A program made the position numbers and the translations under genes. From NCBI GenBank assembly GCA_049964715.1, contig JBMFXB010000007.1:4698-68697 (forward strand): DNA of 64,000 nucleotides. Direction: 5' to 3'. This DNA comes from Candidatus Dormibacteria bacterium (GTDB lineage: Bacteria; Chloroflexota; Dormibacteria; Aeolococcales; Aeolococcaceae). Under the pieces are notes generated by a model. That model saw only the letters and a program-made list of their open reading frames with translations. It did not search any database and was not told the origin of the DNA. Positions 47,453 to 57,364 of the stretch are shown here, piece by piece; the stretch's first letter is position 1; each line of letters starts with the position of its first letter.

Positions 47453-48027
47453 TGGTGCTTCGATTGTCCCACCACTTTCTTGCATGATCCAATACTTGCA
47501 CGCAATCCGTTTCACAATGCAATTGGATATTTCCTTTCGCTGGCGTTTTTGCTCAGAGTCGAGTCCGGAATACTTGCGGAAATGAATCGTATCCATCCTT
47601 TGAGTAATGTCGAGAGAGCTAATACTGAACGTTGGTGCATCCCTAGTTGGTGAGCACACAGGGGAGAAGAGACACCCCGAGGGGATGTAATTCCAGTGGA
47701 CAAGGTTGATGTCTGGGAAGAAAGAATCCTGCAGTCTGCCATAAGAAAAGCAAACGTGTTGGGCAAGTCAGAGTGGTGAAGGGGCAATGAAGCAAAGACA
47801 TGTGGTACTCGGTCGTAGGCAGACTGGTCCGGCTGGAAATGCATGAACTATGGGTTTGCCAACTTCGAGACTTTCAAAATGCATTCCCTGCACTGTGCTG
47901 GACATCTGGCATGGAGAGTTCAGATGTCAAAACTCAAGTTCTGCTTCTCGACAGGCTTTATCAGTGCTGATTGGCATTTTGCAGTACGCGTCGCCATCCT
48001 GCACATCAGTGAAGGGGTGGAGGTGGG

Positions 48028-48103
48028 TGGTGGAGCCAGACGGGATCGAACCGTCGACCTCCTGCATGCCATGCAGGCGCTCTCCCAGCTGAGCTATGAC
48101 CCC
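48028..48103 (-). tRNA. tRNA-Ala(GGC)
   Basis: The reverse complement is GGGGTCATAGCTCAGCTGGGAGAGCG-CCTGC-ATGGCAT-GCAGG...GGTTCGATCCCGTCTGGCTCCACCA. Confidence 0.95.
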
Positions 48104-48261
48104 ATGCCCTGCTTGATTCACATTGTGTGGATCAGCAGTACTGCAATCCATTGTGGCAGATTCTACATCCTCAGGTTATGTTGGTGCATCCCCATGGCGA
48201 ACGAGGGATCTGATTCAATGAGAGGGAGATCGAGGGGAGTGTGAGTAAGGAGGTGTTCCGC

Positions 48262-49275
48262 ATGGAAAACAGTGCAATGCAACCACCTGCCCTCCTCCTT
48301 GTACATGGTGGGGAACCTTACCTTGTCTCTCGTAGTGTTCAGTCCTGGCTCCAGTCATGGCAACTGGAAGATCCGGATGTTGAAGTGAAGGTGTGCCGCT
48401 TTCCTATGGATACAGCATCTCTTCAGCAAGCGTTGGTTGAGCGGACTTTGTTTGGAGAACGTATTTGTCTTGTCATCCATGCATCTGTTGGAACTACTGG
48501 GGCACCTGCCAAAGGGGAAGTTCCTTCATGGGAAATGCTGGCTGCAGGACTTGGTGCACGGGATGCAGAACAGCCATGCGCAATTGTAGTGCAGGGGGTA
48601 TTGAAGACTTCTTCACCCTTGCTGCGTGCTGTTCTCGATGCAGGAGGAAAGGTTCAGTATGTTGAAGCGTTCAAGGGACGAGAAGTGGAACAGTGGTGTG
48701 CAAAGGAAGCATCTATCCGAGGTCTCCATCTCACTCCTGAAATGGTTCACTACATCGCCCTCCAGTCCCGGGGTAATGTGGCACAGATTAGTCAGGAGCT
48801 GGAGAAATGCAAGGCGTATGCAGCTTCCAGGCCAATAACGATGGATGTTCTGCAGTGGCTCGTGGTGGGAAGTGAGGAAGGGTCAGTCTGGAGTATTGTC
48901 GAAGCACTTGGATCCCCCCAGCCAGTACGTGCACTTACGGTGTATCGTCAAGTGACTGAAGATGGAAAGCCACCCCAATTCCTTGTCGGCGCATTCAGCA
49001 CTGCACTTCACGATCTGCTTCTTGTCGGTGCAGCAAATAAGGAGATGAAGGGACGAAAAGGTGATATTGCACGTCATTGCAGCATGCCGGACTGGAAGGT
49101 TGAAAAGGCACTCAGGCAATTGCAGTATTTGCCATTGTCACAGCTTATGAAGTGGATGACTGACCTTGCAATATTGGATGCAGGAATAAAGAGGGGCACA
49201 GTTGATGGAGATAGTGGCCTTGAATCAATGCTCACTGCAATGGTTGCAACGTGCCAAGGGAATATCCATCGATAA
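48262..49275 (+). CDS. holA: DNA polymerase III delta subunit
   Basis: LLLVHGGEPYLV, RTLFGER, ISQELEK and LDAGIKRG. An AAGGAGG SD precedes the ATG at 48262. Confidence 0.85.
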   Translation: MENSAMQPPALLLVHGGEPYLVSRSVQSWLQSWQLEDPDVEVKVCRFPMDTASLQQALVERTLFGERICLVIHASVGTTGAPAKGEVPSWEMLAAGLGARDAEQPCAIVVQGVLKTSSPLLRAVLDAGGKVQYVEAFKGREVEQWCAKEASIRGLHLTPEMVHYIALQSRGNVAQISQELEKCKAYAASRPITMDVLQWLVVGSEEGSVWSIVEALGSPQPVRALTVYRQVTEDGKPPQFLVGAFSTALHDLLLVGAANKEMKGRKGDIARHCSMPDWKVEKALRQLQYLPLSQLMKWMTDLAILDAGIKRGTVDGDSGLESMLTAMVATCQGNIHR

Positions 49276-49692
49276 CGCAGGTAGCTGCTCTCCTACATGA
49301 CGGAAGATTGCTTCCGATTCAACAGACAGCATCTGGGTGAGGGGATCATGGACAGGTTGCTCTATGCATTCGTTATCAGCGTTCCTATCCGGATAGTGGA
49401 AAGAGCCTGATACGCAAGTGGGACGTGCGGTTCTCGACTCCCTGGCGCCTGATTTGTCCGGAGGGACTCATTTCGGCCATCGCTGGTCGGCGCATTGTGC
49501 TCAGCAATCCTTCAGAAGGCCCGTTGCACTAGTCACTCCGCAGTACTGGGCAACGTTTTGAAGCTGGCCCGATTACAAGCTGTCGTCAGTCGACGGACAC
49601 GCAGAATACACGAAGCGCTATACGGGTGGCTGGCGTGAATGACATACCGAGTAACGTCGAACAAGGAAATCGATGCCCGCTACCTTGTGCAG

Positions 49693-50955
49693 TTACGACA
49701 ACTCACCCCGCGTAGGTGAACGGGGTACCACATTGACTTCTCCCGGAAGAACACTCAATGTGCTTCCCGATTCGATCTGAGGCAGACATTTCCCATTTAT
49801 GCTATCCAACTCATGTGCCCGAACTTTCCGAAGCAATTCTTGACTCGCCTCGATACACGCAAATTGCACGTCAAATGGCATGCTCGTGACAGACTTCATG
49901 GAGTAGTCTGTGCCATCGATGTTGAGATAGTTCTCATCATCGGGATTGAACGTAAATGTGAACGTATGATCAGCAGTCCTGAACATCCGCTGTTTGCGGA
50001 GTGGCACGATTGGCCAAACGGTTTTCATCACTTTCATACAGGCATCACGGACAAGTACGCGATTCTCAACTGCCCGACGTCCCATGTTGATGAGCGCAAG
50101 CCAATCGATGGGATCGATTCGAGTTCCCGTTGCTGCTTGGAATGCATTGAGGGCAGCTGCATCCTTATCGCTGATCGAAACTGGGGCACTCGGCTGTAGC
50201 CGACTGCGAAGTGCAGCTATCTCATCATCGCTTTGGGCAAGGGTACACAGCGTTTGCACTGCCATCCTCCGGATGTCCACAGATGCATCTCCTGCAAGGA
50301 TGCGTACGACCTCTGGCACTAGGTGAGGAAAATCAGCCATGAGTGTCTGTCGTTCTTCCATATTCGGCTCACGCCGTTCCAGAATCATGCCAGTTCTGGT
50401 GCGCTGGAATTCAAAGATCCTTTGGTCAAACGATGGCCGATACTTTCTGACGTGCTCTTCCAAAACTACAAACGAGTAGGTATCCTTATCAATATGGTGG
50501 AAACATTCCGAAGTGAGTGAACTGAATTTGACCGGCTGCGGCAGCCGGAATAGGACCGCAACTGTGCGAAATGTGCAATCGTTAGAATACCTATGGGGAG
50601 CGGTATCATTACACACTTCTTGGCTACCCACTCCATACCTGCCTCCTTGGAGCAATTCTCCAGGCAGCAAATCTGCGACCAAACGACCAGCGAGATAGGG
50701 GAGCGTCCTTGACGCAACTTTTTCCCGATCAGCAGCTGCTGACACTGCCTCGCCGACGTTCCACGGCATGTCTTCTTTCCGAGCACCATCAAGGATGTCC
50801 TGCAATGCAGCATCATGAGCAGTGACCTCGGCCTCAGTCCGCCGCAGAATCCATTCGGGGAGCTCTCCACTCACTGCGCCTTGGGGTACGGCACGAACTC
50901 GTGATTTACTTTGTCGAGTGAACATGTTGTTACTGTAGTTTCTCCAAAGGGACAT
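49693..50955 (-). CDS. Hypothetical protein (420 aa)
   Basis: Long ORF with no recognisable family motif. It lies downstream of rpsT on the same strand. Confidence 0.65.
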   Translation of the reverse strand: MSLWRNYSNNMFTRQSKSRVRAVPQGAVSGELPEWILRRTEAEVTAHDAALQDILDGARKEDMPWNVGEAVSAAADREKVASRTLPYLAGRLVADLLPGELLQGGRYGVGSQEVCNDTAPHRYSNDCTFRTVAVLFRLPQPVKFSSLTSECFHHIDKDTYSFVVLEEHVRKYRPSFDQRIFEFQRTRTGMILERREPNMEERQTLMADFPHLVPEVVRILAGDASVDIRRMAVQTLCTLAQSDDEIAALRSRLQPSAPVSISDKDAAALNAFQAATGTRIDPIDWLALINMGRRAVENRVLVRDACMKVMKTVWPIVPLRKQRMFRTADHTFTFTFNPDDENYLNIDGTDYSMKSVTSMPFDVQFACIEASQELLRKVRAHELDSINGKCLPQIESGSTLSVLPGEVNVVPRSPTRGELS

Positions 50956-51118
50956 TGTATGGACAAACGAACAGTGGATGGGAAAATTCAGCGATTATGA
51001 CGGGACAAAAGGGAACAGTGGCTGTCCGAGACCCATAAACTTGCGTCTCTTGCCGCAATGTTGCGGTTCCCGCGCGTCATCTGACTGTTGTAGTCGTCAG
51101 ACGAAGGATATGCAGATC

Positions 51119-51502
51119 TTACTTCTTTGCTGCAGTCTTGGCAGGAGCTTTCGCTTTTGCTGGAGCCTTCTTCGCTTTTGCAGCAGTTGTACGAGGCGTT
51201 ATCTCAGCAGGAGTCTTCTCTGGCTCAGCATGGAGAGCGAGAAGCCTCTTGTGAACCTGGGACATGAGTCGGGCCTTTCGCCTGGCAACGTTGTTCTTGT
51301 GAAGCACACCCTTTTCTGCTGCCTGGTCGAGAGCCTGGACTGCAGTCTTGAGTTCACTCTCAAGAGTAGCTGCATCCATCCCGGAGAGAGCACGACGGGT
51401 GTGGGTGACCCTCGTCCGAACAGCTGAACGAATCGAACGGTTGCGGATTCTCTTCCGCTCGCTCACTCGAATTTGTTTTTTTGCTGATCGTGAATTTGCC
51501 AC
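51119..51502 (-). CDS. rpsT: 30S ribosomal protein S20 (with Lys/Ala-rich tail)
   Basis: MANSRSAKKQIRVSERKRIRNRS and KGVLHKNNVARRKARL. GTG start with a GAGGA SD. Confidence 0.95.
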   Translation of the reverse strand: MANSRSAKKQIRVSERKRIRNRSIRSAVRTRVTHTRRALSGMDAATLESELKTAVQALDQAAEKGVLHKNNVARRKARLMSQVHKRLLALHAEPEKTPAEITPRTTAAKAKKAPAKAKAPAKTAAKK

Positions 51503-51576
51503 TGCCCGTTCCTCTTGTACGCTCATGATCTGCAGTCATTCACTTGGGAAATGAACTGCGATATAACTGTGATTAT

Positions 51577-52527
51577 ATGCCTGATGAGTATATCAACTTG
51601 AACCGCAATACTGTAGTGCTTGCTCCCAGAGCAAAGATCAATCTTGGCCTTGGGGTTCTTGGACGGGATGGAGAGGGTTGGCATGAACTCGATTCCATCA
51701 TTGCTCCTGTGTCCCTTTCAGACAGGATGTCCTTAACGTTCACGAGCTCGGATGAATGGAAAATGCACCTCAGTGGTCCGTATGCTGCAGGCATACCAGA
51801 ACGCGAGGGGAACCTTGTGCATCGTGCATTCGATGCTCTTCATAACCGCTATCCAGCGTGGCATGGTGGGTGTCAGTGCACACTTGAAAAGTGCATTCCG
51901 TACGGGGCAGGACTTGGTGGTGGGTCATCTGATGCAGCTGCATTCTTTGTCAGTACTGAGGAAATACTTCAGCGCAACGGTCTTGTCCCTGCTGAGGAGT
52001 ACACAATACATGACTGTGCAGCTGGGCTCGGAAGCGATGTCGTGCCTGCACTTGGTAGAGGGTGGAGCAGAATCCGTGGACGGGGGACAGAAGTTGAGGA
52101 CATTGAAGGCTCAACCTTGTACCTCGTCATTGTGTTTCTCGGAGAGAGCAGTACCCCTGAAACTTATCGTGCTGTCCTGGAGCAGGATTATTCTCCACAT
52201 GTTCCAGAACTTCTCGACCAGGTTGGCACAGCGCTTGCTGAAAAGGCAGTGGGCTCTACGATCATGCCGCTTCTTGTGAATGCACTCACGTCAGCTGTCT
52301 TTCGAACCAATCGAGCAATTCGGGTGCAGTATGAGCAGCTGTTGCAGGCAACACCAGAGGTGCTGTGGGCAATGACAGGCTCTGGTGGTGCGTTTTACAC
52401 AATCGTGGACACTCCTGCAGACCAGTATCAACTAGAGCAAACTGTTCGACACGTGTGCAAGGATGTCTTTTCTTGCACCACTGTTCAGGGTTTTATTCCG
52501 TGCAATGTCGGACTGGAAGGGGTGTGA
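51577..52527 (+). CDS. ispE: 4-diphosphocytidyl-2-C-methyl-D-erythritol kinase
   Basis: APRAKINLGL, IPYGAGLGGGSSDAAA, GSDV and MTGSG. Confidence 0.9.
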   Translation: MPDEYINLNRNTVVLAPRAKINLGLGVLGRDGEGWHELDSIIAPVSLSDRMSLTFTSSDEWKMHLSGPYAAGIPEREGNLVHRAFDALHNRYPAWHGGCQCTLEKCIPYGAGLGGGSSDAAAFFVSTEEILQRNGLVPAEEYTIHDCAAGLGSDVVPALGRGWSRIRGRGTEVEDIEGSTLYLVIVFLGESSTPETYRAVLEQDYSPHVPELLDQVGTALAEKAVGSTIMPLLVNALTSAVFRTNRAIRVQYEQLLQATPEVLWAMTGSGGAFYTIVDTPADQYQLEQTVRHVCKDVFSCTTVQGFIPCNVGLEGV

Positions 52528-52575
52528 TGCGATACCATCTTTCATGTACACAGCAACGGGCTTGAGGAGTACAGC

Positions 52576-53535
52576 ATGCCGAGCCGAACAACGTCACCTG
52601 CACCTGAACTAGTCACGCCAGAAACGTGCGAGCATCCAAACCCAGTACTGGGTGTGCTCTCTCATGAATTTGGACACTACAGTGGGGCAATGGGACCTGA
52701 GGGACTCAGGAGGACCGTTACGTATTACGGCCCTGTTGTTGGCGGCAGGCCAATCAGTGCATGGCACTGCGAGGCATGTGGCCTGCTCAGGCTGAACTAC
52801 CCGGATGGTCGGCATGAAGAACGACAATTGTGGCCTGGTCCACAACCAGGTCTCCTGGCAACTACTTCGGACCTTGATGCACCACATGCATTTGATGGAA
52901 GACAAGGGCATGTCTCAGGTCTCTCTGTAGAGGAGACAGTACCTGTCATTGAACGCATCAGGAGACCTGCAGCGAGAGTCTGGCTCAGTATCTTCGAGAC
53001 CATTGCTGTTGTTGCTTTAGGACTCTTGCTCCTTGTACTTGGTGTTGCAGGAGTTGCAGCAATGGCTGCCTACTCCACTCCGCCCTTTGAAGGCATGCTG
53101 ATGCAGGGTGTTGCAATCCTCGTGGGAGTCATCTTTATCACAATCATTGTGGAAGCCCTCATACGGCATTATTGCCATGCATCTCTTGATGTGTACAGGA
53201 TTGCCCGTGAAGAGGAGCGTGCTGAAAAGCACGTTGCCAAGGAAGTTACAAAACCTGCTGGGAAGGAACAGCATCAACGGGAGCTTTTTCCTGCATGGCA
53301 CTGGGTTGAATGGATTGCTGTACCGCTGCTTGTTGTCCTTGGGGTTCTCCTGCTTGTTGCTGGGATTGCAGCTGTTGTGAGTACCTCAACTCCGCCATAT
53401 GAAGGAGTGGTCATGCTTCTCATTGCGATTGATGTTGCTGCCATTGCAGTAGTGGTCATTGCAGGAGGCATTGAATCAGTAATGCTCAAGCGTGCTGGAG
53501 AGCAGGCAATGCATACCCGGAACGGGAAAGAGTAG
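52576..53535 (+). CDS. Hypothetical membrane protein: N-terminal Cys/His domain plus duplicated TM hairpin
   Basis: CEH...HCEAC, followed by two TM hairpins each containing STPP(F/Y)EG. Confidence 0.72.
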   Translation: MPSRTTSPAPELVTPETCEHPNPVLGVLSHEFGHYSGAMGPEGLRRTVTYYGPVVGGRPISAWHCEACGLLRLNYPDGRHEERQLWPGPQPGLLATTSDLDAPHAFDGRQGHVSGLSVEETVPVIERIRRPAARVWLSIFETIAVVALGLLLLVLGVAGVAAMAAYSTPPFEGMLMQGVAILVGVIFITIIVEALIRHYCHASLDVYRIAREEERAEKHVAKEVTKPAGKEQHQRELFPAWHWVEWIAVPLLVVLGVLLLVAGIAAVVSTSTPPYEGVVMLLIAIDVAAIAVVVIAGGIESVMLKRAGEQAMHTRNGKE

Positions 53536-53551
53536 GGCTCGTTTTCCACAG

Positions 53552-54979
53552 ATGCTCACGCCACCAGAACACCAAGACATTGTCATTGTCGGAGCATCCG
53601 GAGACCTTGCATCCCGGAAGCTCATTCCTGCGCTGTACAATCTCTTCCTTGAGGGTGCACTTCCAGAAGTGTGCACCATAATTGGTGCCGCAATCATGGA
53701 GTGGGACAGGGAGAATTTTGTTGAGCACGCCCACGATGCAGTTGCATCCTTCTCAAGGACACCATTGGAAGAGTCCCAGTTCCGGAAATTCGCCAAGCAT
53801 CTCACTTTTGTTCCACTGTCGGAACATGGTGGGATGGAAAGAGTACGTGCAGCCTGTGAAGCACCAAAGAGACTCATGTACCTTGCAATTCCACCTGGGG
53901 CAATTGTTCCTGTTGTTCATGAACTTGAACAGGCACGTCTTGTGGAAGGAACATCACTCGTCATTGAGAAGCCATTCGGCTTTGATCTTTCCACAGCGAA
54001 GGAACTGAACAGAACGATAGAGGCAGTCTTTCCCCGTGAGCAGATCTATCGCATTGATCACTATCTTGGCAAGGAGACTGTGCAGAATCTCCTCGTGTTT
54101 CGCTTTGGCAATGCGCTGTTCGAACGCATCTGGAACAGGGACTCCATTCACCACGTGGAGATCACAGTGGGTGAATCCCTCGGAGTGGAACACCGCGGTG
54201 CCTTCTACGAGAGCGTTGGGGCACTTCGGGACATTGTGCAAAATCATCTCCTGCAGGTCGTCTCGTTCATTGCAATGGAACCACCTGCATCATTCACTGC
54301 TGAATCGATGTTCTACGAGCAGCACAAGGTCTTCCAGGCTATGGAACCGCTCGATCCAGCACGGGTAATACGGGGCCAGTACGGGCCTGGAATGCTCAAT
54401 GGAGAAAAGGTTCCAGGCTATCGTGAGGAACCAGGAGTTGCAAGTGATTCACTCACAGAGACATATATTGCAGCAACGCTTCATGTCGATACATGGCGTT
54501 GGGCAGGAGTTCCATTTTACATCAGGACAGGAAAACGTCTTGCACGGCAGGATTCGCGGGTCGTCATCGTATTCAAGGATGTACCGCTGAATGTCTTCAA
54601 GGGTACTGAGGTGCAGGAAGTAAAGAAGAACTTCGTCACTATCCGCCTTCAACCACATGAAGGAATTTCCCTCGCCTTTTCAGCCAAGCTTCCAGGACCT
54701 TCCATTCAGATTGATCCCGTAACAATGGATTTTTCTTATGCACGGGCCTTCAAGGGGACACCTCCTGAAGCGTACGAGAGACTCCTCCACGATGCACTTG
54801 TGCACGATCACACACTGTTCATTGCTACTGACATTGTCGAACGTGCATGGGAAGTGGTACAAGGAGTCATTGACCATCCGTCGCCGGTCATTCTGTATCC
54901 TTCAGGAAGCTGGGGACCAGAGGAGGCGAATACCATGATGCCATCAGCACACTGGCATATGGAGGAAAGTGAGGAATGA
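53552..54979 (+). CDS. zwf: Glucose-6-phosphate 1-dehydrogenase
   Basis: GASGDLASRKL, EKPFG, RIDHYLGKE, RDIVQNHLLQ and WAGVPFYIRTGK. Confidence 0.96.
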   Translation: MLTPPEHQDIVIVGASGDLASRKLIPALYNLFLEGALPEVCTIIGAAIMEWDRENFVEHAHDAVASFSRTPLEESQFRKFAKHLTFVPLSEHGGMERVRAACEAPKRLMYLAIPPGAIVPVVHELEQARLVEGTSLVIEKPFGFDLSTAKELNRTIEAVFPREQIYRIDHYLGKETVQNLLVFRFGNALFERIWNRDSIHHVEITVGESLGVEHRGAFYESVGALRDIVQNHLLQVVSFIAMEPPASFTAESMFYEQHKVFQAMEPLDPARVIRGQYGPGMLNGEKVPGYREEPGVASDSLTETYIAATLHVDTWRWAGVPFYIRTGKRLARQDSRVVIVFKDVPLNVFKGTEVQEVKKNFVTIRLQPHEGISLAFSAKLPGPSIQIDPVTMDFSYARAFKGTPPEAYERLLHDALVHDHTLFIATDIVERAWEVVQGVIDHPSPVILYPSGSWGPEEANTMMPSAHWHMEESEE

Positions 54980-55956
54980 GTCCCTGTTTTGTCGGCGTCG
55001 ATCTTGGCGGTACGAATATTCGTGCTGCTGTTGCCACATCTGCATCTACATTTGCGAATCATGTGTCTGAACGGACTCCTGCACAGGAAGGACCTGATGC
55101 AGTATGTGATGCAATGGCTTCTGCAATACGGAAAGCTGCAGGGGAAGCACCTCTTGGAGGGGTAGCAATTGGCGTTCCAGGACCCCTTAACCCGGAGACA
55201 GGGATTGTTTTTGCTGCTCCCCACCTGAAACGCTGGACGAATGTACCTCTCGTACAGATGATGGAAGATCGTCTTCGATGTCCAGTAGCCATCCAGAATG
55301 ATGCAAATCTTGCTGGATATGGTGAGTGGACAGCTGGAGCAGGGAAAGGCGTGAAGACTCTCGTGTTCATCACCATCTCCACTGGCGTTGGAGGTGCACT
55401 TATTCTCGACGGGAAATTGTGGGCTGGTGTGACAGGAACAGCTGGCGAAATTGGCCATACACCACTTGGTCCAAATGATCCCCCTTGTGCACAGGGACAT
55501 CCAGGCTGTCTTGAGGGAAGTGCTTCAGGTACTGCAATCGCAAGAAAGGGTCGTGAAGCTGTTGCGAGTGGAAAGGAGACACGTCTTCGGGACATACCAG
55601 ATGAGTCTCTTGATGCGGAGGCTGTCGAGATGGCTGCGAGGGCAGGTGATGCTGTTGCCCTAGAGATCTACCATGAAGCTGCACGTGCCCTTGGACGCAT
55701 GCTTGGTGGACTCATCAATCTCATTAATCCTGAGCTCATTGTCATAGGGGGGGGGCTCATACAGGCACATGAAATCATCTTTCAGCCAATGATTGATGCA
55801 GTTGCAGAGATGGCGTTTGAGGTTCCAAGAAAGGATACGAAGATTGTCATTGCAGGCCTTGGTACGGATGCAGGTCTTGTGGGAGCTGTAGCATGGGCCA
55901 TGCATGAGTTTGGCTCTGTCCACAGTTCTGTTGCAGTTTCCTCCCATTTATCGTAG
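54976..55956 (+). CDS. ROK family sugar kinase (glucokinase-like)
   Basis: GVDLGGTN, NDANLA, STGVGG, GEIGH, C-x5-GCLE and IGGGL. A 4-nt overlap with zwf. Confidence 0.92.
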   Translation: MSPCFVGVDLGGTNIRAAVATSASTFANHVSERTPAQEGPDAVCDAMASAIRKAAGEAPLGGVAIGVPGPLNPETGIVFAAPHLKRWTNVPLVQMMEDRLRCPVAIQNDANLAGYGEWTAGAGKGVKTLVFITISTGVGGALILDGKLWAGVTGTAGEIGHTPLGPNDPPCAQGHPGCLEGSASGTAIARKGREAVASGKETRLRDIPDESLDAEAVEMAARAGDAVALEIYHEAARALGRMLGGLINLINPELIVIGGGLIQAHEIIFQPMIDAVAEMAFEVPRKDTKIVIAGLGTDAGLVGAVAWAMHEFGSVHSSVAVSSHLS

Positions 55957-56013
55957 GGCTCCAGTACACTTTGCCTTGCGATAGAGGAAAGTCGTTCGGA
56001 GATTGCATTTTAC

Positions 56014-56706
56014 ATGGACATGGTTGGCGTTTCAGCCCTTATTGCACTGGCATTTATCGTGGGTGCTGCATGTATTTCCATCCTTTTGGTCCACCTGATC
56101 CATCGAACGTCATGGCTCACAGACAGTGGAGTGCGTACAAGATTCTGGTTGATCACAGAGACTGTTCCCTATAGCGATATTGCACACGTGCACGCAGTCT
56201 ACCAGTACGGGACAACTGGAACGAATGACAAGGGAATTGGAACGGACTGGACAGTTTTTTACTGGACTCACGCCGGAACTCCGCACATGCTGACACCCTC
56301 AATGCTTGGCAAGCGTTTCATGCATCCGGGCTCTACTGCAGAAAAGATAGTGGACCGGTTTTCAGCAAAGGACATGGAACTGCTTGCCAGTGACAAGGAA
56401 GGGGATGATTTCCTTCGAAAGTGCGCAGCTCTCGAGCTTGGGACAATGACGATTGAGCATCTTGAGTCAACACCAGAATTTGTATTGGCGAAGAAACTGG
56501 TATCAAAACTCCCTTTGAATCAGGGTTCACCATCTTTTCCCAAATGGTCGACTCTTCAGTTTGCAGGGCCCTTTGGTGGAGGAATGAGTGGAAGCAAAAC
56601 TCCCTATGCTCAGTGGTCCTTCACAGGGAGTACCAGCCTGATTCCAAAACACGAAGCGATACAACAACTGCATGCACTGAGTGGTGATTTTGATGATGAT
56701 GAATGA
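56014..56706 (+). CDS. Hypothetical protein, N-terminal TM plus possible bacterial PH-like region
   Basis: One TM segment followed by WLTDSGVRTRFW...TVPYSDIAHV. Confidence 0.6.
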   Translation: MDMVGVSALIALAFIVGAACISILLVHLIHRTSWLTDSGVRTRFWLITETVPYSDIAHVHAVYQYGTTGTNDKGIGTDWTVFYWTHAGTPHMLTPSMLGKRFMHPGSTAEKIVDRFSAKDMELLASDKEGDDFLRKCAALELGTMTIEHLESTPEFVLAKKLVSKLPLNQGSPSFPKWSTLQFAGPFGGGMSGSKTPYAQWSFTGSTSLIPKHEAIQQLHALSGDFDDDE

Positions 56707-56755
56707 ACAGTGTAGACATAAAAGCTGTGTGAACATTTCTCATGGGAAACAGTGA

Positions 56756-57310
56756 ATGGACGGTGAAGTTTTTCCCAGAAAGATCCGGCCCCATTCCCCT
56801 CGGGCAAGGATGCTGGGGCATATCATCGGAATGCTCCCCATCTTTATTGGTGGCTGTGCGCTAATTGCATATTTCGTCATGAGTTCATTTACTGCGGACT
56901 GGGCTAAACCATGTGCTGGTCATCAGACATCCTGGTGCATCGAGGATGTCCACAATGCTGTCATTGAGTCACTGACTCCTACAGTTCGTGGTTCTGGCGA
57001 GGAGGTGTATGTTGCTTCTCCTGCGATCACAACTGCATTCGTACTTCAACCCACACCATATCCGAATTTCCGCAAAGGGGAACATGTCTTTCTTACAGTT
57101 TGGAATGGGACTGTCATGACAGTGACAGGTCAGGGCTATACGGATACAACAGCAGATGCTCCAGGGTGGAATTACGGATCCGTAGCAGGAACACTTGCAG
57201 GCATTGTCCTTGAAGCGATTGCAGTTAATGTGTTCCTTGCACAGTTCCGGAAATACCGCATTGACAGGCATTTCGCAACGGCTACGAGTGCTGGAACGTT
57301 TCCTTCCTGA
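56756..57310 (+). CDS. Hypothetical two-TM membrane protein
   Basis: Two hydrophobic segments flank an extracytoplasmic loop containing a Cys pair. Confidence 0.6.
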   Translation: MDGEVFPRKIRPHSPRARMLGHIIGMLPIFIGGCALIAYFVMSSFTADWAKPCAGHQTSWCIEDVHNAVIESLTPTVRGSGEEVYVASPAITTAFVLQPTPYPNFRKGEHVFLTVWNGTVMTVTGQGYTDTTADAPGWNYGSVAGTLAGIVLEAIAVNVFLAQFRKYRIDRHFATATSAGTFPS

Positions 57311-57364
57311 CAACAGCTGCTGGAGAAGTGAATGTGACTGCTGCACGGGATGTGCGCAGAAAAC

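Noticed and set aside
49417-49450. GGGACGTGCGGTTCTCGACTCCC resembling tmRNA or tRNA ends
   Set aside because: There is no matching acceptor stem, CCA end or tag reading frame on either strand.
55747-55755. G9 tract as a phase-variation switch in the ROK kinase
   Set aside because: It encodes the conserved GGG of the IGGGL motif, and the frame is intact.
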